Notes: a model not told the origin generated them from the letters alone. A DNA stretch of 64,000 nt from Octopus vulgaris (GCA_951406725.2 OX597828.1:29946001-30010000), one strand, 5' to 3'; positions 43,136-60,018 are shown, numbered from the stretch's first letter. Made by a program: numbers and translations.

Positions 43136-43746
43136 GCGGGTATAGTAGCATAAAAAATTCCCAGAATTGTGAAAACCGAGATGAAAGAGAAACTAAAATA
43201 TCCCTCAAGATTATAAGAAGTAGCTATCATCTAACTTTAGAAGAGAAAGAATAATACGTCAGAAGTGATGCTGAATATTTGCGAGAAAGAGCAAAAAAAA
43301 AAAAAAAAAAAAAATTACAGGCATTGCGAATCAAAGTAATGGAAACCGTAATGAAAACAATAATTAAAAGAAAAATCTTTAGAAATGTTGATAATAAGGA
43401 CGGCAACCACGTTGTCAATGAGGATTGTTATTGTTGTTGTTGTTTTCGTTGTTATTGTTGCTGGAGGTCTTATTGCTGTTGCTATTGCTGTTGTTGTTGT
43501 TGTTGAGGATGATGATGGTGGTCGTGATATTGCTGTTGATGACGACGGTGATGACGATGATGATGATGGCAGTGCAACAGTTGCAGCGTTTAGGAAGCTC
43601 ATAAAAGCAAAATAATAAGGGTTAATTTTATCAAATTTAGCACCGCCATTCTTTCCGACATGTTGGTTATGGGCAATCACACATAAAGGGATTCAATGTT
43701 TTTCTATTGAAACGAAAATTATTTCATTATAATGATTATTATAATG

Positions 43747-44090
43747 AAGGCGCGAGCTGGCAGAAACGTTAGTACGCCGGGCGAAATGCTTAGCAGTATT
43801 TCGTCTGCCGTTACGTTCTGAGTTCAAATTCCGCCGAGGTCGACTTTGCCTTTCATCCTTTCGAGGTCGATAAATTAAGTACCAGTTACGCACTGGGGTC
43901 GATGTAATCGATTTCATACCTATGTCTGTCCTTGTTTGTCCCCTCTATGTTTAGCCCCTTGTGGGTAATAAAGAAATAAGTATTTCGTTTGTCTTTACGT
44001 TCTGAGTTCAAATTCCACCGAGGTCGACTTTGCCTTGCATACATTTGGGGCCGATGAATTACGTACCGGTTGCGTACTGAGGTCGATCCC
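43747..44090 (+). mobile_element. tRNA-like-head SINE with duplicated Meta-type domain (dimeric form)
   Basis: aaggcgcgagctggcagaaacgttag...gagttcaaattcc (B box), then gcctttcatcctttcgaggtcgataaattaagtaccag (Meta-like). A second unit starts at ~43980. Confidence 0.85.
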
Positions 44091-44096
44091 TTTATC

Positions 44097-44425
44097 TAAT
44101 TTGAAATACATAAGATATAGCTTCTCGCCCGGTTGTTGTAGACGCTCTTAATATCGTATAAAGGGATGTGAGAAACACCTAGATAACATCTCAGAAGAAC
44201 CATATGTCACAGGATGCAAAATTTATGTTGTCAGTTACAACACATAACATTAGAGAAACCTATCAATTCAAATGTTCTGTATTATATTACTTTATTCTTG
44301 TACTGTCCTCCCCATTTTCCCACCCACAGCAAAAAATTTTTTATTAAATTTTAACACCCCTTAACCTAGGGCGCTGGGTGTGACCTGGTATATGCTTGCA
44401 TGAAGCATGTGGATTAAGAGCAAAA
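44097..44425 (+). mobile_element. 3' fragment of R4/Dong element (same subfamily as 50465-52519)
   Basis: aaagggatgt.agaaacacctaga.aa.atc and cctagggcgctgggtgtg...ttgcat..a.catg..gattaa.ag match 52250-52512. Ends in TAA repeats. Confidence 0.8.
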
Positions 44426-44456
44426 TAATAATGATAATAATAATGATAATAATAAT

Positions 44457-44669
44457 CCTTTTCACGGAAAGTACAAGGACTGAAATTCGTGGGGAGGGGA
44501 CTAGTCGATTACGTCAGCACCACTGTTTCTATGGAAGTTACGTTATCGACCCGAAAAGATGCAAGGCAAATTCGACCCCGGGGGAATTTGAACTGAGAAG
44601 GTAGCGACGGGCTAAATATCTCTAAGCACTCCGTCCAGCCTGCTAACGATTCTAACTACTCGACGCCTT
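44457..44669 (-). mobile_element. Meta-domain-type SINE inside a TAA array
   Basis: Reverse complement of the family head (aaggcgtcgag..agaatcgttagc) and body. The tail runs into (ATT)n. Confidence 0.8.
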
Positions 44670-44670
44670 G

Positions 44671-44770
<100 letters not shown>

Positions 44771-44775
44771 TAATA

Positions 44776-44812
<37 letters not shown>

Positions 44813-44858
44813 TAATAATAATAATGATGATGATGATGATGATGATAATAATAATAAT

Positions 44859-45300
44859 TCTAGATAGATCTGATGGTAGAGCATACCAGACCGAACCTAA
44901 TGGCAGAGGATAGGGTGCACGACATATGTTATATAGTTGATGTCGCATGCTCCTTTGAAACACGAATAGTCAAGAAAGAAGGCGTAAAGATAGACAAATA
45001 CAACCCTCTTAAGTAAGAAATAGACTTGCTATAGAAAATGAGGAAGGTGAACATAGTGCCAATTAATTTTATGTCCTTGAGAACAGTATCAGAAGGCATC
45101 AAGGAGAATATACAGGTAATTGGAATGGAATGTCCAATAGAACTGTTACAAAAGGTCTGTCACCTTGGCACAGCCAGAATAATCAGGAAATTATTAGATA
45201 CCTGAAAAGAATCGATATCATGGAATAGTAGGCTGGAGGTAGTAAGCCACTACGTATGCAAGACTCCAGAAGCTCCAGTAAAAGTTGTGAAAAAATGAGA
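44859..45300 (+). mobile_element. 3' RLE fragment of R4/Dong element
   Basis: HTRPNL..ICYIVDVACSF..KIDKY..L..VNIVPI..LLQKVCHLGTARIIRKLL, with stops. Flanked by (TAA)n. Confidence 0.8.
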
Positions 45301-45361
45301 AATAATAATAATAATAATAATAATAATTATTATTATTATTATTATTATAATTATTATTATT

Positions 45362-47328
45362 ATGAATAAATGGCAAACAGTGCTACAGCTCCAAACAAAA
45401 GAGGGACTCATGAAAACCAAAGCCATCCCCATTAGAAGAGGAATATTCCAGGGAGACACGCCCTCTCCACTCCTTTTCTGCTTGGCACTGTCACCTCTAT
45501 CTGATATGCTAAATAGAACTGGATGCGGATATAAATGTTACGGCAAAACGATCAGCCACCTTTTATATATGGATGACCTAAAACTATACGCTGCAAATGA
45601 CAAACAGCTAGAAACACTATCAAAGACAGTTCATGGATTTACCAAAGAAATAGATATGAAATTTGGATTAGAAAAATGCGCCAAAGTAACCCTGAAAAGA
45701 GGAAAACTAGTTAACAGTAGCAACATCACACTAGATAAAACCAATGAAATAAAAGAATTAGACCAAAGCCAAACTTACAAATACTTAGGAATCCATGAAC
45801 TAGATAAGACACAACACACACAAATGAAAGAGAAAATAAAAAAAGAATATTATAGACGAGTTAGATCAATACTAAAAACAGAGCTCAATACTAAAAACAA
45901 GATAATAGGTATTAACACTTTAGCTGTCCCAGTTATAAGTTACAGCTACAATATCCTTAACTGGACACTAAATGAACTGACCAAAATAGATAGGAAAACA
46001 AGAAAAATAGTGACAGGATCTAGGATGCATCACCCAAAATCCGACATAGAAAGACTACATATACAACGTATAGAAGGTGGTAGAGGCCTTATACTGTTGG
46101 AAAACTACTATAAAATAACCACCATAGGACTGCAAATATCTCTACTTCAAAAGGAAGGAAAACTGATACAAATAGCGGCTAAACACGAGCAAAACAAAAA
46201 ACTGTTCTCAGTATTTAAGGAAGCTGACAAATACAAACAAGAAATCATACCACCTAATAAATATGAAGAAGAAGAAGAAGAAGAAGAAGAAGAAGAAGAA
46301 GAAGAAGAAGAAGAAGAAGAAGAAGAAGAAGAAGAAGAAGAAGAAGAAGAAGAAGAAGAAGAAGAAGAAGGGGAAGAAGAAGATGATGATGATGAAGAAA
46401 CAACAAAAGCTATACAACAAATGAAATCCAAACTAAAACTAGAACAGCAAAGAACCATGATAAAACGATGGCAAGAAAAGCCCCTTCATGGTACATACTG
46501 GACAAAGCTGAATGCAAAAGAAATAGACAAAGGAAAATCCCAGCAATGGTTGAGAAGCTCAGGACTCAAAGCAGAGACAGAGGGAGTTTTAATTGCAGCA
46601 CAAGACCAAAGCCTCCCCACCAGAAATTACCAAAAACATGTAATGAAAAGAAATATAACAAGTAACTGCAGAATATGTGGAGATGGACAAGAAACAATAA
46701 ATCATATTATCTCTGGCTGCCCAGTCCTGGCTAAGAAGGAATATATTCACAGACATGACAGAGTTGGAACCTACATACACTGGAAGCTATGCCAACATTC
46801 TGGAATAACAACAGAAAAAAAGATGGTATAGGCACACACCAGAAAAGGTCACAGAAAACGAGAAAGCAACCATACTCTGGGATATGCCGATACACACAGA
46901 TAGAGAAATTAAGGCCAACAGACCAGATATAGTTGTCAGAGATCATGAAGAAAAAATGCTTTCTAATTGATGTATCAATACCGGGAGATGACAACGTGCC
47001 TCTAAAAGAAATGGAGAAACTTTCAAAATACAAAGACCTGGAAATGAAGGTAACCAGAATGTGGAATCGAAAAACAGAAACAATTCCTGTCATAGTAGGT
47101 GCATTAGGCATGATAAAAAATATTCAGACAAATACATAGCAAAAACACCAGGACTTACAAACACATATAACATACAGAAAATTGCACTACTAGGCACTGC
47201 ACACATCCTACGAAGAACACTTTCCATACAATAACCATCAGAGCATCACAACAAATCACAGCACATACCCAAGGCACACAGAGCTGCGCTCGGTAGTGAA
47301 GTGAATGCACGCTATAAAAATAAAACTA

Positions 47329-47331
<3 letters not shown>
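45362..47331 (+). mobile_element. 5'-truncated R4/Dong retrotransposon (RT C-half, CCHC, RLE) with in-frame GAA expansion
   Basis: RGIFQGD, HLLYMDDLKL, YKYLGI, GGRGL, CRIC..HIISGC, RHD, RPDIV and KYKDL. Frameshifts at A-runs near 46820 and 47120, stop at ~47234, then a (TAA)n tail. Confidence 0.95.
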
Positions 47332-47364
<33 letters not shown>

Positions 47365-47552
47365 GCAAAAATATATTAAAACATCTCTTCCACACCGAGG
47401 GTCAACTACACGCCCACGTAAATATCTAAATACATACACAAGCCTACGTATATCTATGTCTAAATATATATGTATATACATATACATATACATATATATA
47501 TATATAGCCATATATATGCGTGTTTGTTTATTTATATATATATGTATATACA

Positions 47553-47605
<53 letters not shown>

Positions 47606-47932
47606 GCACATACGCACACACTTATATGCATATATGTATACATATATATCACGCACACATAGACATAACCGTATTTGAAGACCACACTGTTTTCTCTTAC
47701 ACAGAATCAAATGTACAACTATATATACACATATGTGTTCAGTGCACGACACGTTCAATTGATTTCAAGATTGAATGTTACACTTCTCTACATCAAAGCC
47801 CCTCACTTTCCAAAAGTAACAGCCGAAAGTGTCAAGTTATGTGTCAAGTATGATTGTTACTCTAAAACGGTGGTGATCATTGCTCTCCAAACATGCATTC
47901 TTCGTTAATGACGTTTTAATTGATATACATAC

Positions 47933-48080
<148 letters not shown>

Positions 48081-48215
48081 CCTTCTTAATATTTAACGAA
48101 CCCTTGAAAAGTTGAAAAATAAAAAATAAAAGAAGGAAATGACGTTGTCGCAAGCTTTAGGAATTTAACTATAAGAAATTGCAATTTTGGAAGATTTTTT
48201 CACGACTTCAAAGAC

Positions 48216-48293
<78 letters not shown>

Positions 48294-48346
48294 TTATTTA
48301 TTTATTTATATATATATTTAATTATTTATATATATATTTATTTACT

Positions 48347-48424
<78 letters not shown>

Positions 48425-48427
48425 ATA

Positions 48428-48954
48428 TAAAAGGGCTTAGTAAAACAAATTACTTTGCCGCATACTGAACTCATTAGAAATAGCAGCTAAAAAACTTTTT
48501 TAAAGCTATTTCTAATACTTAAAGAAAATCTCTCTCATATAGTGCTTGCTTAACTCAACTCACGAAAGTTTGGGGGTAAAGACTTCAAAAAATCAAATGC
48601 AAAGGTTATTTGAGAACGTACGTTTCAAGATTAGTCAACACGACACTTCTATCATCAGCTCAGAAACTCCTTGGTTTGGATTTGAAAACACTGAAAGTCA
48701 GAGCATACCCTTTCGGCTTCTCATCGCTTTCGAAGATCTGCTCGTAACTAACAGTGCTAACAAACTCAAATATGCAAGCGAAGAATTTCTGTTCTCCCCT
48801 TTCCACCAGCGTGGGTTAAAATCAGCAAACACTATGCTTATTTCGGTAAAATCCGAAGCATTAATTAGAGGGAGATTAATTATAATTTCAACAATTGAGG
48901 GTAAAATTAATTAATTATTAATCAATTTCACCAAGTGTTCAGTATGCAAAGTAT
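48428..48954 (-). mobile_element. hammerhead-bearing pseudo-LTR-like insert in (TA)n
   Basis: Flanked by TA arrays, with a hammerhead at 48611-48662. The ends share an imperfect inverted motif tactttgc..catactgaa / ttcagtatgcaaagta. Confidence 0.65.
48611..48662 (-). ncRNA. type I hammerhead ribozyme motif
   Basis: Minus strand reads tgag-CTGATGA-tagaagtgtc-gtgtt-gactaatctt-GAAA-cgtacg-TT-ctca. Stem III is palindromic and stem II is partly mismatched. Confidence 0.75.
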
Positions 48955-49111
48955 ATATATATATGTAGACACATACATGCATACATATATAAATGTGTAC
49001 ATGTATCTCTGTGTTTTTATGTATAACTATATACTATATCCATATTATATATATAATAAACATATATGATATCTACAATATATATGTATATATATATATA
49101 TATAACGTCTA

Positions 49112-49167
<56 letters not shown>

Positions 49168-49199
49168 ATATAATATAATATAATATAATATATGCCTGC

Positions 49200-50000
49200 A
49201 TGCGGGAGATTTCTGTTTTTTTCCTAATAATCTCGGAATGCTATGGTCGACTATATTTAGATATTCAGATAAGTAATGATTAATAGGAATCCTACTTTTA
49301 GCTTTCGTAATGGCAATTTATCTAATGCCAGAAATAATAGATCTGTTGATGACCATTACAAAGGATGCTCATAGCTGTCATTTTGCAGAACCGTAGGCTT
49401 TTCGGAATCGGAAAGCTGTAAATAATATTTGGAATGATAGGCGAAAACGATCATAAATAATTTGAGGTTGACTTACTAGACATATAATTCATGCTAAGCA
49501 GACAGAAGATTGCGACATTGAAAAATATTCTCAGGCAGTGTACATTGTTCTCTAAGCAGCCCGTTAATCATAAAGTAGATGGGTGTCCTATAGAAGAATG
49601 CACGACTTCATCATGTTTGAAATTATAGATTATTGTAATGTGGGGGTGCGTGCATAGCCGCTAGAGTAACAGACACACTGAGAGGCTAAATTGATTGTGT
49701 GTCGGTAAACTTGCTGAAAGGTTGATGGCTTGAATCACTTCATCTTCTTTGCATTTTTCTATACCGGAGACACTTCCCTTTTAGTATCCGAATATAACTA
49801 AGGAGGTACTGCAAGGGGCCAATATGATGGCATAGTTCACTGATCTCAGTAGTGTCTATGGCTATTCTTTAAAAAAGAGCTGCTTAGAGTATTTTGGTCT
49901 GTTCATCAGTTTCTCAGTATCCTTTATAATTTGACAAAATGCATTCTAACAGAGCACCTGTTTCCTCTAGAATCTAAGCGACAGCGTTGTACCTAATTAG
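49200..50000 (-). pseudogene. possible very decayed Gypsy-like integrase remnant
   Basis: Minus strand HPST..NGL near 49560-49585 with weak flanking resemblance. Heavily degenerate. Confidence 0.25.
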
Positions 50001-50390
50001 TAGACTAATTGTTTTTTCCCTCAGTTTCCCGTTCATTCCAAATTCATGTGTACCCTCATTCGCACTTCCGTGTAGATATGTTCCTCCGATCTCTGACCTG
50101 TAGAATGGCGGAACAAATGGCACTATTTTATTGTGTTTATTGGAGGAAACAATTACATGCAGGAATTATTGCAGGAAAAAATTACATGGAAGCGAGGTAT
50201 ACATATTAACTTATGTTATTAAATGGTCATTATGTAGTATACGTAACCCAGTAACTAAATCTTCCTGTACTCCTATAACCCATCCGGTCTATAGGATCAA
50301 CATCTCTGGATACTACGTTCATTTGGAACTGTACTGATTCATATGGGCACCGTTCAGATGGAAAACTACGTCATATGTCATTAGACTTAC

Positions 50391-53150
<2,760 letters not shown>

Positions 53151-53211
53151 ATGATGATGATGATGATGTTGTTGTTGTTGTTGATGATGATGATGATTAT
53201 GATAATAATAA

Positions 53212-54180
53212 TAGAAAACAGCTTCGGTGATATACAAAAATTACAATGGAGCCACTGTTGAACCACATGAAGAAGGCCGGCATCAAAAGTGAAAATTGTG
53301 TAAGTAAAGAAAAATTTAAACAACAAATGAATATAAAAGAAAAAAAGCATGGAAGCAAACAAATATACGGTCAGTTAGCAAGAGATACGAACGCCAAGAA
53401 AGAAGCAGGGTATCGGTGGCTATACATGTGGAGGAGTGACCTGAAGCTAGAGACAGAAGTACTCATATGAGCAGCTCAGGAACAAGCGTTAGTGACCAAC
53501 TATATGAAGTGCAGAATAGACAACACAACTGACAGTGACAAATGCAGAATGAGTGGTGAGAGGTTTTACACGATATGTCACATCGTTAGCGAATGCCCAA
53601 AATTGGGACCACGCTAATACAAATGATGCCATGACAATGAGGCAAGAATGATCGATTGGGAGCTCTGTACAAATCACGGCCTACAAAGAGCAAAGACTTT
53701 GTATGAGAAAATTCCAGAAGGAGTTACAGAGAATGAGAACCGCAAAATCCTGTGGAATGCAATGACTCAGTGCGATCATCCGACCAGACATCGGAAACCG
53801 GACATAGCTGTGGTGAATAAAATAGAAACATGTATGATAATCAACATAGCATACCCCGGTGAGATCAGGATCAATGGGATAGAAGAAGTAAAAAAAATAA
53901 ACAACTCTGGCGATTTGAAGTGGGATTTACGAAGATCGTGGTCAATGAAGAGAGTAAATGTGATGCAAATAGTAATTGGTGCACTTGAAAGTATCATGAC
54001 CTAGTTAGCAATATGGTTGGAAAAGATCGGTACAAGTGTGAAGGTAGAACACCTACAAAAATCAGTATTGCATGGAACTGCAAGAATTCTGCACATGGTT
54101 CTTGAAGCGTGACCAGTAAACAAATGTCACCTTAGTATGCCGGCTGCAGACAGCTAACACTTTCCATCATGACCAGCAGA
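53212..54180 (+). mobile_element. decayed R4/Dong 3' part (CCHC and RLE)
   Basis: DLKLETEVLI.AAQEQ, HIVSEC, KILWN..QCDH.TRHRKPDI, IVIGAL and VEHLQKS...GTARIL. Confidence 0.85.
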
Positions 54181-55505
54181 GCAGAACGATATTTTTCCCA
54201 TTGAACAAAAAGGGTGCAGACGAGGCTCATATGGATGCAAAGGTCAACTCTTAATCAATTGCATGATCCTTGAGAACTGTCATAACAAACGCAGAAATCT
54301 GTTCTGCATGGATTGATGATAAAAAGGCCCTTGAGAGCATACCGCATTCATGGATCTTCAAATCGCTGAATAGCTTCAAAATTTATTCTGTGATTTTAAG
54401 CTTCCTGAAGCATAACATATCAATATGGAATACGAAACTCCAATTATTCAACTCTAATGGAGTACTGACCACAAAAAATATTAATATCAACTGCGGTATT
54501 TTCCAAGGTGACTCACATTCACCTTTTAATCTTCCGCATAGCCCTAATAACCCTTACAAGTGAACGTAACAGAACAGGGTATGGATATAAAATTGGTGAC
54601 AAGAAAATAAGTCATCTATTTTATATAGACGACTTGAAACTCAACGGCAAAGACAATAATGAGCTTGAAGGACTACCACGTACTGTGAAAGCATTCAGTG
54701 ATGACATTGAGATAGAATTTGGTCTTGATAAATGTCCCAAGGCCACTTTCCAGAAAGGGAAACTGAAGACCTAACATTCAGTGGAATTGGATGTTGAGAG
54801 AGTCATAAAGAACTCGAGCAGGAACAAACTTACAAATACTTCGGAATAAATAAGGGCCTGGCATTCAACATGCAAGCATGAAAGAGAAGATCAGGAAGGA
54901 GTGTTACAGGAGAGTTCGAGCAGTCCTAAAATTAGACTTAAATACATGTAACAAGGTGTTAGCTATAACTTCCTTCGTAGTGCCGGCTGTTATTTACAGT
55001 TCAATGTGTTCAACTGGAATATGAGAAAAATAAGGAAGATTAACAGGAAAATCCGTAAGCTGCAGACTTGCAATGAGATGCACCAACCCAAGGAAGACGG
55101 AGATCATCTTTACCTACCCAGAGCTCAAGGAGGTCTAGGCTTGATCCAGTTTCAAATCTCCTACAAAATCACCACAATTGGACTGGCAAAATATATTGAA
55201 GCATTTGACGACTGGATGCTAAAGCTCGTTGAAAACCATGAAAGACGTTTGAAGCTTCATTCTGTTGTGAAGAACAGCCAAAAAATTTCAACTGCGTTTA
55301 TGCATAATAGCCAGGTTGAACAGCATGATGGAAGTGCAGCAACTGTAGCTCTAAAGAAGGTGACATCAATTGCAAAGCAATTGGGGGATAGGTTGGAACA
55401 GAAACCTCTACATAGTAAATATGTGACCCGTAGCAAACAAGCTGATGTTGACTAGAAGCACACTCATTAGCGACTACGGAGCTCAGAGCTAAAGGCAGAG
55501 AGTGA
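54180..55505 (+). mobile_element. decayed R4/Dong RT region (same subfamily as 27134-28192)
   Basis: EQKGCRRGSYGCK, GIFQGDS, HLFYIDDLKL, FGLDKC and YVTRSKQADVD. 55377-55505 aligns with 27241-27370. Confidence 0.88.
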
Positions 55506-55507
55506 AC

Positions 55508-55571
<64 letters not shown>

Positions 55572-55588
55572 ATTGCTGCTGCTGCTGC

Positions 55589-55619
<31 letters not shown>

Positions 55620-55629
55620 ATCATCATTA

Positions 55630-55825
55630 TTGCATTTGCACAGCTTCTAACGCTGGTGATGTACTACCTGTTCACTACCAGTGAACTAAGGTAACACCTT
55701 TTATTTTTCGAGGACCTTCCGGAGTATTGTAGCGGTTCCAAGCAGTGCTGTTTTCTGCAAGTGCTCCACCCTTATTACAGCCCCTATTTATTCCACGTCC
55801 TTCTCGATATTTTTGCTCACTGTTT
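55630..55825 (-). mobile_element. R4/Dong 3' end, inverted relative to 52722-53150
   Basis: cagcttctaacgctgg...gtgaactaaggtaacacc...agcagtgctgttttctgcaagtgctccaccc. The tail degenerates into AAC/AAT repeats (55508-55630). Confidence 0.85.
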
Positions 55826-55874
55826 AATATATTTTACTTCTCGGAGGTCAAGATAGCACTTACATTGGTTGATT

Positions 55875-56272
55875 CTTTTCTGCTCTAGGCACAAGGCACA
55901 ACATTTTTGGGGAGAAGGCCAGTCGATTAGATCGACCCCAGTACGCAACTGGTATTTAATTTATCAAAGCCGAGAGGATGAAAGGCAAAGTCGACCTCGG
56001 TGGAATTTGGACTCAGTACATAAACACAGACGAAATACATATTTCTTTACTACCCACAAGGGGCAAAACACAGAGAGGACAAACAAGGACAGACAAACGG
56101 ATTAAGTCGATTATATCGACTCCAGTGCGTAACTGGTACTTAATTTATCGACCCCGAAAGGATGAAAGGCAAAGTCGACCTCGGCGGATTTTGAACTCAG
56201 AACGTAACGGCAGATGAAATACGGCTACGCATTTCGCTCAGCGTGCCAACGTTTCTGCCAGCTCGCCGCCTT
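55875..56272 (-). mobile_element. dimeric Meta-domain-type SINE, inverted relative to 43747-44090
   Basis: Same head, Meta domain, gtctgtccttgtttgtcc linker and second Meta unit, in reverse complement. Confidence 0.88.
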
Positions 56273-56399
56273 GCTCTGGTTGAGTCTGTTTGAACGGACA
56301 GCAACCTATTGTCAGGGGTCTCACAGTGTCTCTTTCCGCATATTGTAAGACTTGTTCAATTGTTGTGGAAGACACTCAACACCGAATCACCAATCTCAA

Positions 56400-57325
56400 A
56401 ATCCTAGCTGTCCCCAATAGAGCAGGATTTTGGGCCTGCTCAACCCGCACTCAACTCCAATTTCTCTCACGTATATTTCTCCAACACGGTTGTCAATACT
56501 GCTAGCGCCCCTATAACTCCTGTGCTAACAATTTCTCTCCTCATTGCCCACATTCACACAATTTTGTCTTTTAGTAATTTGTATTTCTCCACTTTTTCCA
56601 GCTCTTTGTCATCTACGCGTGAATCCCCCAGTATGGAAATATCTATTATCTTAGTTTCCTTTTTGACTCTGATCTACCAAAAAACTTTATCTGTTATCTG
56701 ATTATCGATTAGGAGGTCACTTTGGACTGTAAAATTCCACAGGATCTTATGTACATGATTATCACTAATGCTCTCTGGTTCATGTTCCTACCAATTTCTT
56801 GCCCTTCTTAAGCCGTACTTTTCACACTGTATCCAGTCAACAAACTTAACCAATTTAACGTGCATTCTTTTTCAGTGCTTTTGAGCCATTTTGCTGCACT
56901 CTCTCAAAATATATGAGATTGTTTCGTCTGTGCTGTCAGACAACCTAAAAAAGATCGATCCACTGCTCACCTATTTGAAACTTGGTATAATTAGTTCTCA
57001 GAGCTTGTTCCTGGGCGTTGCCTATCAGTGTACCCTTTCCGATCCTTTTTTCCTATCCATCTCCAGATGTTGGTCTGGTCTTGTCTTTTCCTTCGATGCT
57101 TTGTTTCCATTTTCCAATTGTTTATTCTTTGTTCTTCTTCTTGTTTCTTAAATATTTTGGGGTTAATCACGTTTTCGGTTGGTCTTGTTCTGTTGTTTCT
57201 GACAGCAGCAACTAAGGATTTGATGTACCATTCAGACTGTTCTTCTCGTGTGAGAACTCGGATCTAGCATCTTATGAGGTTTCTTCCTCCTTGTTTCCAG
57301 GGACATACTGCCTATCAATATCACG
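56400..57325 (-). mobile_element. decayed R4/Dong 3' part
   Basis: Minus strand shows aggaggaagaaacctcata (GGRxL), tggtaggaacatgaaccagag (WxEHEPE), aagatcctgtggaatttt (KILWNF) and gaaaaagtggagaaatac (EKVEKY). Confidence 0.75.
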
Positions 57326-58031
57326 TTGTCCTCCTCCTCCTCCTCCTCACCATCATCATCATCACCATTATCGTAATAAATTTTAGATAGCTAAAACGTG
57401 TAATCCGTTTTCTTCCCTCTAAATTAATATTCTTACAGCATGTCAAATAAATTCCTGAAAGTTATGTGAATGCAAAGTGCATGGTATGAGGGCATTTCAC
57501 ATTTGCATCTTCTCACAGCGTGCGAGTTACAATGACATTTAACAAACGTTTAACCTATTAGTTATTTCAAATTCGAGTGACTGAACAACGATCTTCACAG
57601 GGACATGTCGCTTGAAGAATATCCTATGATATGTTTGTCAAAAAAAAAAAAAGGAAAAAGAAAGATAAGAATGAACAAACAAAAGTATTATCAAAATAAA
57701 TACAAAAAAAAAAGAAGGATGGAAGATAATAGAAATAAACTAATCGCAGAGAGCGACATAGAAATATCTGAATCGTGTAAAACAGAGGTTGTAAAATAAT
57801 GTTGGACGACTGAGAAACATAACAAATACTCGGAGCAAATTGGCAGATAAGAAATACTCGGAGCAACTTCGCTTAATCATGAGAGCAGAACCAAAAGTAA
57901 AAATCAAAATAATCACAATTGATACTGTACATATTAACTGCAGCTTCAATATAATCAATTGAAAAATAACTGAACTTAATAACTGCAAGAAATCATCGGA
58001 ATATTTATATATATATATAAAACTTGTGAGC

Positions 58032-58084
<53 letters not shown>

Positions 58085-58172
58085 CATATATATACACACA
58101 TATATATATGTATATATATATATATATATGTGTGTATATATATGCATGTATATATGTGAGGGTGTATATATG

Positions 58173-58216
<44 letters not shown>

Positions 58217-58799
58217 TATATGTGTATATATGTGTGTATGTTTGAATGTGTGTATATGCATTGCCGCAAGGTTTATGCTAGCATAACATATTTATTATGA
58301 AACGAGTGAACAACTACCAACATAAATTGATAAAAATTAGTTTTTAGGAATCTTATCTTGTAAGAAAATTATAATTCATAAATAAGTTAAAGAACATGGA
58401 ATTAGCAAAATAAATGCAAACAAAAACAAATATGAAGACGTAATTATGAAAGTAATTAGGTATATCCTGGGGCGATGGATTGTAGAAGTAACATGAGATT
58501 AACAGAAAACGAATGTGAAAAGCAAATAAATTTGAAGAACTTTAAAAATTCTATATGAAAGTCAAAGCGACACGATGACAACAATATAGCTACATTTATT
58601 TAAAGCTCAAGGAACTATAGAAATATTTAACTAGGAAAGAAAATCTTCGCAAATAATTCTGGTGAAAAAGCAGAATAATATACATGAAAACTAATGTGAT
58701 AACTAAACCTTACCAGATAAATGCTGGAAAACAATGTGAGAATAGAAAGGCATCAGAAATGCATTGGATCGAATTGAAATTTATTCTCTTTTAGCTGTG

Positions 58800-59480
58800 T
58801 ATTCGCTTCCCCCCCCCATCAATCCCTGGGTAACAGTGAGCAGATCTGATTGAAGATTTTCCCAGTTTCCAACACTGTCGAAGACATGCAGACGCTTAGA
58901 ATCATCTACTTATGTGCAATTTTGATGATACCAATGATGTCAATCACGCAAATAACGGAAAAGAATGCGAACCCAGTGCAGTTCCTTATGGGAATACACA
59001 GATGTTTCTTGCTGAGCATAATCGAACAACATCGATCACCACAGGCTGGATTCGTTCACCAGAAATCATTCAATTCACTTTTAATAAATTTCCCCGTATT
59101 TAAATGATAGATAGTTCTTATGATCAGCATTGTTGAAGGCAGTGCCGAGATTTCACCACTCTCTAAACGAATTTGATGATACGAGAAGTGAGATCGCTCG
59201 GTAACTGACTACAAGCGGTACGTTTCACTTTCTGAAAACTGGGACAATAGAATGGCGTAGGAAATTATCGGTAGTAAAGGGAACGTCCAGTGATTTCCTC
59301 ATGAGTATAGTCAAGGAAATGAAAATGGACGGCAGCATACCTTCAAGAATGAAGCGGGGCCCACAACTAAGAAATTTGTAATTTTATTTCCAGCTGTAAT
59401 GATACCGAGGCGCCAAATGCTATATCGGACAGGGCGGGGGCGGGCGGGGGGTTTGTTTCACCGATGCTGTCCAGATTAAT
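58800..59480 (-). pseudogene. decayed CR1/Jockey-group LINE RT remnant
   Basis: Minus strand gives IVPVFRK...SYRAISL, P*GTALG (PQGSVLG-like), VDDSK (YADD-like) and LQSDL. Confidence 0.65.
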
Positions 59481-59652
59481 CAGATTCGGATGGCTGAAAG
59501 AGTAACAGTAGTGTTCTACGTTATATGTTATTTGTGTGTGTATACATATGTACACACACATATATACATATGTGAGTCTGTAAGTAAATAAAATGCACAC
59601 ACATACATATATAAAAGCATCAATCAATCTATCTAGGATATAATACAATATA

Positions 59653-59687
<35 letters not shown>

Positions 59688-59689
59688 AT

Positions 59690-60018
59690 AAATAAAAGGA
59701 AAAACAGAACAAGAACGTAACGGACGAAAAGGAAAAGAGAGGAACAGATGGACAATACAAAGACGGACACGAAACCAGGACGGAGCATTCGTGGTTTTCT
59801 ATTCATCAGTTAAGCTTCCAATTATCACTACAGTTTCAGCCTGTTCCCATTGATAATGTTCAAAATTGGTAGGCCTCAAATATCTAAGCTAAGGGCATTA
59901 AATTTTTGGAAGAAAGCAAGCGAATATGTGTGACAACGCAAACTGGAAAAAACGAGCAAACGGAGAAAATGTTACACGTTTACAAATACGAACAAGAATA
60001 ACAACAGGTGTCTTTCGA

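Noticed and set aside
42560-43700. Purine-rich tract and low-complexity ORFs suggestive of a gene 5' region
   Set aside because: GA and GTT/GAT simple repeats explain it, with no supportable promoter or exon.
57824-57866. aaatactcggagcaa direct repeat, and similar short duplications near 34853 and 23615
   Set aside because: Only two copies each, consistent with ordinary local duplications rather than a CRISPR-like array.
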